Shown in pieces: positions 49,687 through 61,400 of a DNA stretch of 64,000 nt (its first letter is position 1; every line of letters begins with the position of its first letter). Made by a program: the position numbers and the translations under genes. A model generated the notes under the pieces. It had not been told where the DNA came from and did not search any database. It saw only the letters and a program-made list of their open reading frames with translations. The stretch spans positions 4,340,001-4,404,000 of the forward strand of contig JAYWIR010000002.1 in NCBI GenBank assembly GCA_036172245.1. Direction: 5' to 3'. This DNA comes from Raillietiella orientalis (lineage: Eukaryota).

Positions 49687-50282
49687 ATCGTTGACACATA
49701 GAGTGTTGCATTTGAGAAACTCCAAATCGTTGCCGCTAACTTGGTTCAGTCTGACTTATGCAAAAAGACAGGATCAATGTTCCCACGGAACCTTAAGGGC
49801 GCTTGCGTCTGAAGAAAATATTGTACGGTTACTGTCTAAACAGGTAAATGGGATTCCAAGAACCATCTCGGCCTAATAGCGGACAAATAAGGATGCGTGT
49901 TCCGTCTGAGCGGACCAAATGGTACACCGAGTGAGTGAGTGGGGAATTCTCGATGAGAACGGTGTTGGGGTGCACTTCGTCCCCTGCGAAGCTCAACGAC
50001 GCTCTTTGCGCTCGTAGTAATTCGTGTCGCAGCTGATATTATTGCCGGCCCTCGGTGCTGCCTATTCGGTTACTGCAATTTTGTAGAAGTCCACGCAGCT
50101 GGAAGGAAGCGGAAAAGTGGAAAAATAGAGGCCGGCCTTTCGAAAATCGATGATGGCACGAGGTTGCTCCCATTCGAGGATGTACTAAAGAAACAAAGTG
50201 CTCACGCAGCAAGACAAAAGAACTTGAACCGTGCTTTGTTCCATCTGGTTTGATGGATTTGTAGAACACCCTGCTGAGGATC

Positions 50283-50284
<2 letters not shown>

Positions 50285-50322
<38 letters not shown>
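50285..50322. repeat. (CT)19 microsatellite
   Basis: Directly visible. Confidence 0.95.
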
Positions 50323-50326
<4 letters not shown>

Positions 50327-53300
50327 TTCGCCGCTTTTGTTAATCCCGCGATTCTTTCGATGCAGTCCAAGATTCCTCAACCGTCTCCAGTTTTTCTTGT
50401 GAAAAAATTCCTCAGCAGTTTTTTTGATTTGACTTGAGATAAAGTTCACCAAATTTTCATGCGATCGCGTCGAACGAAACAGCAGGCTGAGAATATGCAA
50501 GCTGAGGTGTCTAGGAAAAAATTGGATGAGTTCCTTGAACTAGCGACACTTTGGGACAGCAAAAATTTAATATAATAGGAAATCTGACTGCAATTAAAAC
50601 AAACTCGACCGCTATATTATAACTGAATAGAAAGACTTATCAAAGAAAATCGAAAACCAGTACCAGAAATGGCCTTCAGTGTGGCTAGGGGCTGGAAATC
50701 GTTTCATCCGGCCATGGGAAACCAACTCCTTTCCTTTTGTGGGTAGCTGAAGGAATTTTTACCAACGAAAAATCTCCAATCGGAGAAGTAAAGTCAATCC
50801 AGCCACTATTTCCTTCCGTCATCTTAGATTACAGAGAAGGTATTTCAACGTACAATTTCATACACCTCTAACGGTGGAAGGAAACCACCAGATGAATCCT
50901 TTTTCTTCGGTGAAAGGAATTTCTGCATCGATTTTTAAATTTCCGTTGCATCGGATTTCTTTATCATTTTTCGAAGAGCAGAAACGAATCTCAAGGGCTG
51001 GAGAAGTGCGTGCCTATTTGAAGAGCCTAGCAGCTCGATCTCAAAGAGCGTGCAGCGAAAAGGTGTCACGAAAAATGGGTACAGATATCTGAATGAAAGG
51101 AACTCAGTTTCCGTAATATCACAAAATACGTGTTTTTTTTTTTTTTCTTCTCGTGTCCGCGTGTCCGCGCGCGCGCGCGCGCGTGTGTGTCGATTGTTCA
51201 CCCCAGCAGTTTCGTGAATTTTCTTCCCTCATCATTTCCCAGCCTCCTTATCCCATCACGAAAAAACCCATCCTCCTTCATGACGGACCTAGGGCATCAG
51301 GAGGTATTCCTTCGAGAAGAATTTTCCTGTTCAATGAAGTTGCAGTCCCTGCAGCGAGCGCAGGGCTCTCCCCGGTTTCCCCCCATAAGCTAGCTCGCGC
51401 CCTGATGGTGAGCTGCAGCAGTTGCTGCTTTCGCGTCTTCCGCTGTGCGTTTTATCGGTTTGTTCAATCATCCACCACCCTTCCTAGCGTGTGCTTAACC
51501 TATGCCAATGGTATAGCGTACAGCCGCTCACCCACGAATGAACATCAGTGGGTGGCGAATTCTGCGGAGAAAGACGGCTTGTAAATGTACTCTCTCGCAG
51601 TCATATGGTCAGTGCTTTGCCGATGCCATGTTTCTGACGGCACCAGTCGTTCCAGCAGGGCCCAATCAGAATGATTAATGATTAACTTCTTACCTACTCA
51701 AAAAAACCTCCTTACCTATTCTTCTTGACCTTCTTACCCACTGAACTTGGTACCTTTCGTGTACCCCAGGCCTGTTACTAAAAAGGAACTACACAAAAGC
51801 GAGGCAAAACTGCGCATTTTTTTCTTTGAACCACTCCCATTCACGATTAGAAACCTCTTCATCTATCAGATGAGATATGGGCACTGTCTTGGATGCTTCC
51901 ACCGCCAAAAATAGGAAAGAGTGAATTTGAGATTCTACCTTTGAATCAGTTTATGGTCCATCTGTGGTGGAATTCCAAATAAATTCTTTTGCATCATTTC
52001 AACACTTCCAAAGTTCTTTTGCATTGCCACGACGAGGTTCTCGATGTTACCTTTTCAGAATTGGCTTGTGGAATTCAATCTCCTTCAGCTCCACGGATCA
52101 TGCGACCCATGATCATAGAAACTTGGACTGTGATCATCAAAATTTCCCTCCATCTTCTTCTGATCGAAAAATAGCTTTCCTTTGCAAAAGAAGTATTCTT
52201 TCTTTTTGCTTTGAGTCTTGCAAACCTCACTTCTATGGGACTTGCAATTATTAAAATTCAGCAATATGGCTGCCTACCGGTACTCAAGACTACCTTTCGC
52301 GACCCATATAATTCGGTTACATATAATGTTTTTTTTTTTTTTTTGGAGCCACAATCTATTTGCCTATCATTTAGATTACATACTCCCATTCGTTCCTTCT
52401 GATCATTAAACAAAGATGGAGTATTTATCAAAAGTCACGCTTCAAGTCACACCCAAAGTATTTCCATAAATGCTTCCAGGTTTGTTTGTTATAATGTAAG
52501 TTTGTTTGATATAATTCATCTTCCATATACAGTTTGGTAATCTTTACATTCTTGCTCCGTACATCGAAAGTGGATTTCTCGGAGGAGAAAGAAAATCCAA
52601 AGTAAATTTTGATAAATTATGTCTCTAACATGTTTGCATCCTAAAGAAAATGGCCACTCCATTCCTCTGTAAAAGAAAAGAAAGCAATGGTTTTTCATCA
52701 CCAATTTCGAACAAAAAACAAAATATATATCTACAAACAGAAAAGCCAAAAGCTCGAGAAGCAGTCATGCACAAAAATGAGACAAGGAAGGTCATGAATA
52801 AGACGGATAATTAGGCTGATAACAGTGATCTTGATAAGAGTCACCTCAACAGTGCCGTAAATAAGATTACTGCTATACTGCTCACCACAGTACAGCATCA
52901 CAATAATCAGATTCGAAAGACTTTCGGGAAATCCCCTAAACGTATGCAATAAATTTTGAATCCCTCTGCTAACATGGATGAAATTTGAATCGTATGCATG
53001 GTAATAAAGGAAATGTGTGCAAACACCATGCTGAAAACAGTACTTTGCGACAAATAGGGTGTAATAGAAGTCATGTAATAAATGATAGAAAGATTCACAG
53101 TTTCCTATCAGTCATGAGGTGGAGATTGGCAGCACTTTTTCTCAGAAATGCGTTAGAATCTCATCCTATGGACCCATTTTGACATTCTCTACTTCCAGAT
53201 TCCATACCATGGTTTAATCAAGATGGGTTGACGTGGAAATTTTGCTAGAAAATACGCGAATGCATTATGAAGCAGTTGGCGATCCGTTCGGTGGATTTTT

Positions 53301-55379
53301 GACTGGAAAAAAAATTGAGAATCCTATCTTTCCATCTTGCGACCGGGTGACGTAAGCTGTCTTTGAGTGCAGCACCTTATTAGAAAATCTCATTGTACGT
53401 CGGTTCAAAACTCGTTTCTCTATCCCTATCTATTCATGGTTTGGTGCTACCATTTCGCGGTGATGGATTCGTGAACCCTTCGAACTATTTTCATCTCAAC
53501 TTTGTTTCGAAATGGTGGATCTCTTTGAAAGAGTAAAATATAATGTAAACTGTTGACTATTAACTTCTGATAATAGGCGTGCTGGAAATCCACATTTTCT
53601 TTAAACTGTAACCTTACCAGTTTAGGAAATGCACCGAAAAGGATTTAGGATTCGCTCCCCCCCTCCCCCAGCTAGCCTTTAGAATAGTTGCACCCTCCTG
53701 CTTCTTCGACCTTTAGTTCTGGTAGCTACAAGTTATTTTCAGATTTCCTTCACATTCGATATTCCTCATCAGATCCTCATGGATTAAACTGAATGGCAGT
53801 TCCCACTCTAAGCTGGATAGAATCGGAAAATAGCATACAATGAGGCAAGCGGACACGATGATTGAAACCAGATAGTCTCAGCAAATAGAAGCAACTCTTA
53901 CCTTCTCGAATGAACACCTTTGTAGAAGTACGATGTCCGTGTTTTCTTGATTTTGTTTCTAGAGCATTCTGAATTCCGTTTTCCATCGCATTTTCCACCC
54001 ATGGAGAATTCGTTTCCTATTTTTTAATCCCTCGAGATTCGAGATTTAAACTAGGGCGCCTTTCCTATTTATAACCCACAATAAAATTCAATGGCATTTC
54101 ATTTTCTTCATGAGAAAACAACGTGTGCATAATTGAAAAAGATCGTTCATCCCTCCATCAAAGGGCATCCAGGTTTCATTTTTCTTCATTATTCCTACCA
54201 CTGGCAATATTTTTTTTACAGTAGTTTTCAAAGTTTTCCGAGACGAGAATTTCCCTTAATAGGTTTACTTATGGGCCAACTATATCAGCATGCAGATTTC
54301 AAATAAAATGAAATGAAGCTCTTCACTTCAGAATGTTTAAATGGAAGCCAACTCTTGCCTTTGAACATGCAAAACAAAGGGTGCAGGGAACCATTTAATT
54401 ACGAAGTCTGTGATCGTTCCTCTCTACGCTGCTCATCTGTTGGTCACTTGGACGACGGAAAGCAGTGAAATGAGGCTGGTGTGGAAAGAGAATTTGATGG
54501 TGCCTTTTTGGAAACTGAGTCTCACAATATTCATTTTTGACTAAGATCCGCTGGAAGTTTTGAAAGCTCTTATAGCTCCGAAATTAGTTCGTTTGACCCC
54601 TTGAACACCTTTTCATGTTATCTGCATTACTCATTGGATGTCATCGAATTTGCAATCCCAGCCTGTGGTTTAAGTTTGTTCGTTTTAACTCTAGAAAATT
54701 CGTGCTAAATCCAAAGAAAATTAAAAAAAAAAAAATCATTCTCCTTTATAATTTGCGAAGTAAACCAAAGAATTGGTACGTATGCTGTTAGTTTTCCTCA
54801 AGCAATAGGAATCGCCAAAATACTTTTGTATTTTTTAAGAAGAACCACGGACTATGCGGAAGATTCTTGATCCGGAAAGTGTTCAGAGACCCAATTAGAT
54901 TCTGAATTTTACAGTATTTGTTTTACTGTGCCATCATTACGGGAGCTCATATCATGAGTTGTTTTTAATGGTGTTTGTAAGAATCGATAATTTTTAACTA
55001 GCAATAGTTTGTTACACATTGAATATTCTATCGAAAAGTCAGAAAAGATTCATCCTTAACATGTTTCGATTTGTCCTTCTGTTTAGGTGATTCCCTGCAA
55101 AAAAAAGAAAAAGTGGTTTTTCTTAAAGGAAAAATAAAGTGTTCTTTTATCGTTACCCAACATGAACTCATTCAAAATACAGCAAATAGCTGAAATGCAA
55201 AGCATTTTTTTTTTTCTTGGATGCTCTTGGACCAAAGTCTCAAGAAAAAAAAAAACACAAATGAGATTGCCATTCTCCTTGGACCCTGCAATCGAGTGTT
55301 AACCCTTCGACCTTTGTTCTCTCGTTTTAATTTGAGACCCATATGTATCTTAATTCAGTTCTATCATCAATCTTGTTTT

Positions 55380-55399
55380 GGGGGGGGGGGGGGGGGGGG
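55380..55399 (+). repeat. G20 homopolymer
   Basis: Directly visible. Confidence 0.9.
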
Positions 55400-57207
55400 T
55401 GCACGATTCGAAGTACCTGAACCCGGACGAACCGCTATTATTTCAAGTCCTCAATTTCATTGGCAATAAAGCACGCTATCACGAGTGAAATTGTACTGTA
55501 TGGTACCAAAGAAATAGTGCAGTCTGGGCAAAACACTGCTTGCTCTCTACTAAGGACAAAGGATCTTTTGGCATGTTCTAATACTACGAAGCCCCTTGGC
55601 ACTTAGTGGTGCTAAGAATGAGCTGCTGCCACCCAGTATCTGCGTGAAAGTCGAGCTCTGTAGGTAGAATCATGCTGAGTTTCAGGTACATTTACATCTA
55701 CTTGACTAATTTCCTTCCGACACGGTCGCAGCTCTTGGCTGCTCCGTATAAGCACATATTTATACTCATTTACTTCCTAATCAAATATCTAGGGACGCGG
55801 CGGAAAATTTCTTTAAAAACTTTTCTCTGTGTTAGCATTATAAGAACTTTGCGATTTAAGAGCAGTGGATATAATTCATGTGCACAGGTATCCATGAAAA
55901 CCTAAGAAAATTTGGAATTTGTGAATTTTTCATCATCCAAATTTATGGATTGGAACATTATAAGTATTTAATGCATACTTACATTTGTGCTATTACTCTC
56001 AGCATTTTTTGATGCTTTCAAACCTAATGTTTTCAACTCATATAAAGTGAAATACATTTCAAAAGACTGTTTAGAGTTAGAATAATAAATTATTACCTTT
56101 TCTAATATAATATATTAGCAGTCGTGTTTTAAAATTGTTTTAGGGTTTTTTTGTTGTTGTTGTACTTTGGCTGTGGTAACCTTTTATGCATAAACTATAT
56201 TCTCTTTGAAAGATTTTGATTTGACTCGAACAAAACTCTAGTTTTCAGTATTAAGTAGAAGCATTTTTTTGTCATCACCTTATTTATTATTCATCTGTTC
56301 CTCTATCGGGTATCGCTGATTGTTATTAAAGCATATTGAACTTGGGAAACAGATTTTGAATGTAGGTGAAAACATCCAAGTGCTCTTTAATTCCATTATT
56401 CAGGAGTTCAAAGTAACCACTGATTAAATTAACTTGATTCCCGAGTGATGCTAACACACAAGGGCTCAGGTGGCTCATGTGCCCAATTAAGGTAACACAC
56501 GCTGACTGAATGTTCAAGTTTTTTGTTGTAAAAATGCTCGACTGTATGGGATCTTTGGAAGTTTAGGAGAGAAACCAGAGGAAGGATATCGGTTTGGTGT
56601 GCGTTCAAAAATTCAGTCAGATATTACTTTGCACATTAAGCACATATATTCACTTTCTTGAAGGCAAAGATGCTTCTCTTTTTTTTTTAAGGAAAAAAAA
56701 GTCGTTATTTAATATGACCATCTAGCACTAGTACAGTGCCACGAATGGTATTTCACGTCTTCATCTTTCAATTCCATTTTAAACGTCCTTCGCCGCCCTT
56801 GAGTTTACGTGCGCAAATGTGGATCGTTGCAAGAGGTATATATATTCGGGGTGTGGTAATTGATGCAATATACTTAAAGTGGCTACATGTGCACTTGAAT
56901 TATATATGGCTATAGTGAGAAAACTTAATGTTGTTGCTACGAATACTTTTTGCATGCTTTAATGCCTTGAAAATCGTTAACTAATTTTTGAGATGTACAA
57001 TGATAAAGTTCATGACAATGAACTGCATTTTTTTTTGTCTAAACATTTGTCTAGTAGTGTTAGTAGAAATGTTCGTTACCAGTTAGGAGTGTTTTCATAT
57101 AACAATTTAAGTATTTCTTTGAGTATCCAAAACTTTTCTGCCTTGAAATATGTACACATGTTCAATTTTGCAGATATTAAGACTTGTTTTAAGCAGTTCA
57201 AAGTGAC

Positions 57208-57226
57208 TTTCAGAAACTCCATTCAG
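57208..57226 (+). promoter_or_regulatory. Splice/trans-splice acceptor-like sites just upstream of the MDH1 ATG
   Basis: TTTCAG (57208-57213) and ATTCAG (57221-57226) lie immediately before the start codon. Could be a 5'UTR intron acceptor or an SL trans-splice site. Confidence 0.4.
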
Positions 57227-57228
57227 AT

Positions 57229-58409
57229 ATGGTAAGACAAGCTTAAGGAATAACCCAAATACCTACATCATTACGTTTAATATGTTATTATTTTAGGCCA
57301 AGAGTCCAATCAATGTGTGTGTGACGGGAGCTGCTGGACAGATTGCCTACTCCCTTTCATACTTAATAAGCAAAGGCGATGTATTTGGGGCAGATCAGCC
57401 CATTAATTTACGTTTACTTGATATTCAACCTATGATGGAGACACTGCAAGGTGTCATAATGGAATTAATGGATTGTGCATTACCTTTACTCAAAGGTGAG
57501 AAAGCATATACAATAGGATTGTAAGTTTTCTGATTTCTTTAGAGTTGGTGGGAACATATGATGCTGAAGTAGCTTTCAAAGACATTGATGCAGCCTTTTT
57601 GGTAGGAGCTATGCCTCGCAAAGCAGGCATGGAACGAAAGGATCTCCTGAAAGCAAATGTTGGTATTTTTGCAGCACAAGTAAGAAAAATGCCTTTTTCA
57701 GTATGATTGTTATATGTGCATACTTTATTAGGGTCGAGTTCTCGATAAAGTTGCAAAAAAAACAGTGAAAGTATTAGTTGTAGGCAATCCTGCCAACACT
57801 AATGCTGCAATCTGTTCTAAATGTGCACCATCCATCCCACCCCGTAATTTTAGTGCCATGACACGCTTAGATCAGAATCGTACTACTGCACAGATTGCTG
57901 CTCATCTGGGCATTGGTTCTGAATCTGTGAAGAATGCCATTATATGGGGAAATCATTCATCCACTCAGTTTCCAGATGTGAAACATGCTTCTGCATTGCA
58001 AGATGGAAAATGGGTACCTGTATATCAATGCATTCATGATCTTGCTTGGTTGCAAGATGGTTTAGTTAGTACTGTACAGAAGAGAGGAGCAGCTGTCATA
58101 GCTGCACGCAAATTATCGTCAGCTATGTCTGCAGCTAAGGCTGCTTGTGACCACATGCATGATTGGTGGCATGGCACTGCACCAGGAATTTTTGTTTCAA
58201 TGGCTGTCAAGTCACAGGGTGCATATGGAGCACCTTGTGATGTTTTTTATTCCTTTCCGATAACCATAGCTAATAAGGAATGGAAGGTTGTTAATGACCT
58301 AGAAATTGATGAATTTAGCCGCCAAAAAATGGAACTAACCGGAAAAGAACTTGTGGAAGAACTGAGTGAAGCTGAACAATTTTTGAAAAATTCACAGGGT
58401 TTTGTGTAG
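57229..58409 (+). CDS. MDH1: Cytosolic malate dehydrogenase, join(57229-57231,57297-57495,57543-57679,57732-58409), 338 aa
   Basis: ATG|gtaaga micro-exon followed by GT-AG introns of 65, 47 and 52 nt; 1017 nt in total. MDH1 motifs: [94 protein letters not shown]. Confidence 0.97.
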
Positions 58410-58472
58410 AGGATTTATTAAGACTTATTAAATATGGTATGTGCATAACAAGTTTGCCAGTTGCTCCTTCAA

Positions 58473-58478
58473 AATAAA
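58473..58478 (+). terminator. Candidate polyadenylation signal (AATAAA) of MDH1
   Basis: AATAAA about 64 nt after the TAG stop. Confidence 0.55.
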
Positions 58479-61400
58479 AACAAGTATTTGAAAACTTGTG
58501 ATTTATGTATTAACATTAGTTTGCAGAAATCATTTGCATTTACAAAAATACAAGTTTCACGGATATTAGGATCATTCACAAATGTGCTGTAATGCACACG
58601 CGTATACTTTAATTGCATGACTGCAGACCGAAAACGAAAATCAAAACTTATTATTACGGTAAATTAAATGATAAAAAGTATAACTTTTAGGTCCGGGCGA
58701 AAGACGAGTTATGTGGATCGTTGCACTAAATTACAAAGTTGGGCTGTTAAACTACTGGAGATTTGAGCAACCGCACTTAAGATACTTATCTTTTGCTTTA
58801 GACTTACAAAATAATAACCAAGAATAACGTAATAAAAGAGTCAACCAAGCATTATGAACTCAGCTGATCCTTGGATCGAGACTTCACAAGTAGAGCATTC
58901 CGGAAAACAGTTTAGATGCAAAGCAGAATAGTTGCCAGAGTTTACGATGCCTCACCCACGTGCCTGGAGGACACAACACTTCACGCTTGTGTCCTCTAAA
59001 ATCCTGCCAAGTTCGAAATTTAGATACAACGTGTTTCTAGTTGAGTACTCTGCGTTGTAAGCATTTAATTCGTTTTATCAGTTCAAGTGATGTCTATCCT
59101 AATTAAAATATGAGAAATTCTAAAACATACCTACGTGTGCATCTTTAAAATGGCCTTCACTGCAATTTTCAAGGCACATTTCTCTATATTATTCAGTCCC
59201 CATTTTTCTACGGGCCTTGTTTGCAAGCACTAACTAGGTTTCAAGGCATCTGATTACGTATTACTGTAGATTTGTTTAAAACTGTTTAAAGTTAACTATC
59301 CTATATTGCACGTACAGATCAGTTCATTTTTAACATTCCTACATCATCAGGGGTTTATTTTTCGTTAACATTAATAACGAGTAAATTTTCTAATTATTAA
59401 AACAATGAGCATCAAATTCACAAACTCAGGCATCAGACTCAGTCTTGGATCTCCCTTGGATCCCCCTCCCAAAATGTATGTGACAAAGATCATTACGGGC
59501 ATATGTTCCCGATACGACAAATTTGAAACTTTCGTGGCTAACAAAAAAAGGAACGATCGCACTTGTTCGAACCTCACTCAATTAGTTTGCAACTGCATCT
59601 CTGGATAACATGAAAACAGTAGACTTCTTGATGCTTTTAGCACTTCCAAATCTAAAATTGCCTAGCTCACATTATGGCTCAGTGAACAGCCCACTCGGAA
59701 ACTGATTTACATTCTCCGTTTTTATTATTATTTCAGATTTTCAGCATCTTCTCTGATCTGATTCATTTTTTCGACTACTTTATAAGTTGAATGACTACCC
59801 CCAAAGATTATGGTATACTTCTATTTTCATATTCAAAATAGGCTTACAAAATAGGTTATCGGGAACCGTAACCATCTCCGTAATATAATCCGAAACCTAA
59901 CGGTGCTATTTGCTTCCTATTTGTATTTAAGTTACTTTTAGGGAGTATAATCACCACGAAGAATAAGTCATTTCTTTTAGTATGCTTAATTACACAAGAT
60001 ATAATTCCTGAGTGATAATTTAAGCATGATAAGATTGATTAAGATCTATCTGTGGAATTAGAAACTGTTTCTAGGAAATTAGAATCAGCTCTAGGATTAT
60101 AAAAACGAGAAAGTGTTCTACAGATGTTCTCTTGATACTCACATAGACATAAATTTCCAATGCCACACTCTAAAGGTCACTTATTACCAAGACAAAGCTA
60201 CATTTTCTAATCTATTAATTTTAAATCTCATCACTTCATTAAGCTTGTTGAGAATTTCTTTCAGTCCATATTATGATGCACTTCATTCTTAATAAAGCAT
60301 TTAAAAAAAAAAATAAGTGTGATTTTTATTCAACAATAAGTAGAAGTCAGCAGATACTCATTAAATTAGATAACACAGTCTCACTTCAATGAATGAAATG
60401 ATAGAAATAGAAGTATCTGTTTTTTCCTGAGATTTGCTGACCTTTGCTGATTCTTTTTTTCTTCATATTCATTATTTATTATCTTTTTCTAATTCCTTAA
60501 AAACAATGATACCAAACAAATCTTAGACATTTCGGGAATTGTGATTCATTTTTCTAAAGTGTACACTTTATTGACTGCTTATAATAGAGCTTCAATTTTC
60601 CTAATTGATATCTCGTTGCTTTTATCATCATTTTGTTCCGTTTTTCATAAATTGGAGACAAATGAACTGACTCTTCAATCTTGTATCCTCTTTTTTATTT
60701 CGATCTTTCTATCAAATTAACTATCAAAAAACAAAGCATCATAAAAACTGAAACCATTAATAGGATTTGCAGTGTTTTTGCCCCAGATATCTTAATTTTC
60801 CATCACGACAAATTTTCAATGTACTCATTCTTGGATGTCTGATTTGGATCAACTTATGTTCCACAGTATTTCCATTTCAGTCATTGGAAAGAAAAAAAGC
60901 TGACGATTTTAATTAAACAGTCATTTTTATTAATTCATTTCTTTTTTGGATTTTGCCTTGTAATTTTTCTTTCTGGATCAACTTAGGTACAATTTTGTCA
61001 CACTTGTATCCAGAATTCAATTGTGTAGAAAAATATCAGTATGCATTCAAAGCATCATGCAAATCTTTATTTTGAAATAAACTTTGTAATTAGAGGAACA
61101 TGAAATACAAAATGTAACTTGACAATCCATGTGTAATTACGAACTACAACGAGCTGTTAACTGTAACAGCAGCTCATATGGAATATCACACGAATGGAAT
61201 GTAAAATACTCTAGTAATGCAATCAGTTCTCACCTACAAATACTTTGTCAGGTCTTAAATCGAAACTTGAATTCCAAACGAATTTTGTTTTTTTGCATTC
61301 TATGCTAAATTCTCTTCATTATTTAGCACAATTAAAGATATCTGAGCAAAATAACGCTATCGCCGTCATGGAAAGGAGAATTAAATTTGTCTATCCACAG

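Noticed and set aside
51430-51580. HDV/CPEB3-like ribozyme (CACCCAC/GTGGGTG hairpin followed by GCGAATTCTGC)
   Set aside because: P1, P1.1, P2 and P3 could not be built upstream; only a P4-like stem and J4/2-like string are present.
51780-54560. Tc1/mariner transposase remnant on the minus strand (ELWK..IWNS..KLIQ, TMVW-like words)
   Set aside because: Scattered short words with many stops, no DD34E spacing and no TIRs; unsupported without a search.
58407-58477. Stop-codon readthrough of MDH1 to a peroxisomal isoform, as in vertebrate MDH1x
   Set aside because: The stop is TAG-G rather than TGA-CTA, and the in-frame extension ends ..VAPSK*, which is not a PTS1 tripeptide.
58967-58996. 10-bp stem hairpin (GAGGACACAA/TTGTGTCCTC) as a Helitron 3' end or snoRNA
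   Set aside because: CTAG lies ~40 nt away, and no second hairpin or H/ACA or C/D box arrangement was found.
59044-59058. AGTACTCTGCGTTGT resembling part of tRNA-His
   Set aside because: Only 15 nt, with no correctly placed B-box or cloverleaf.
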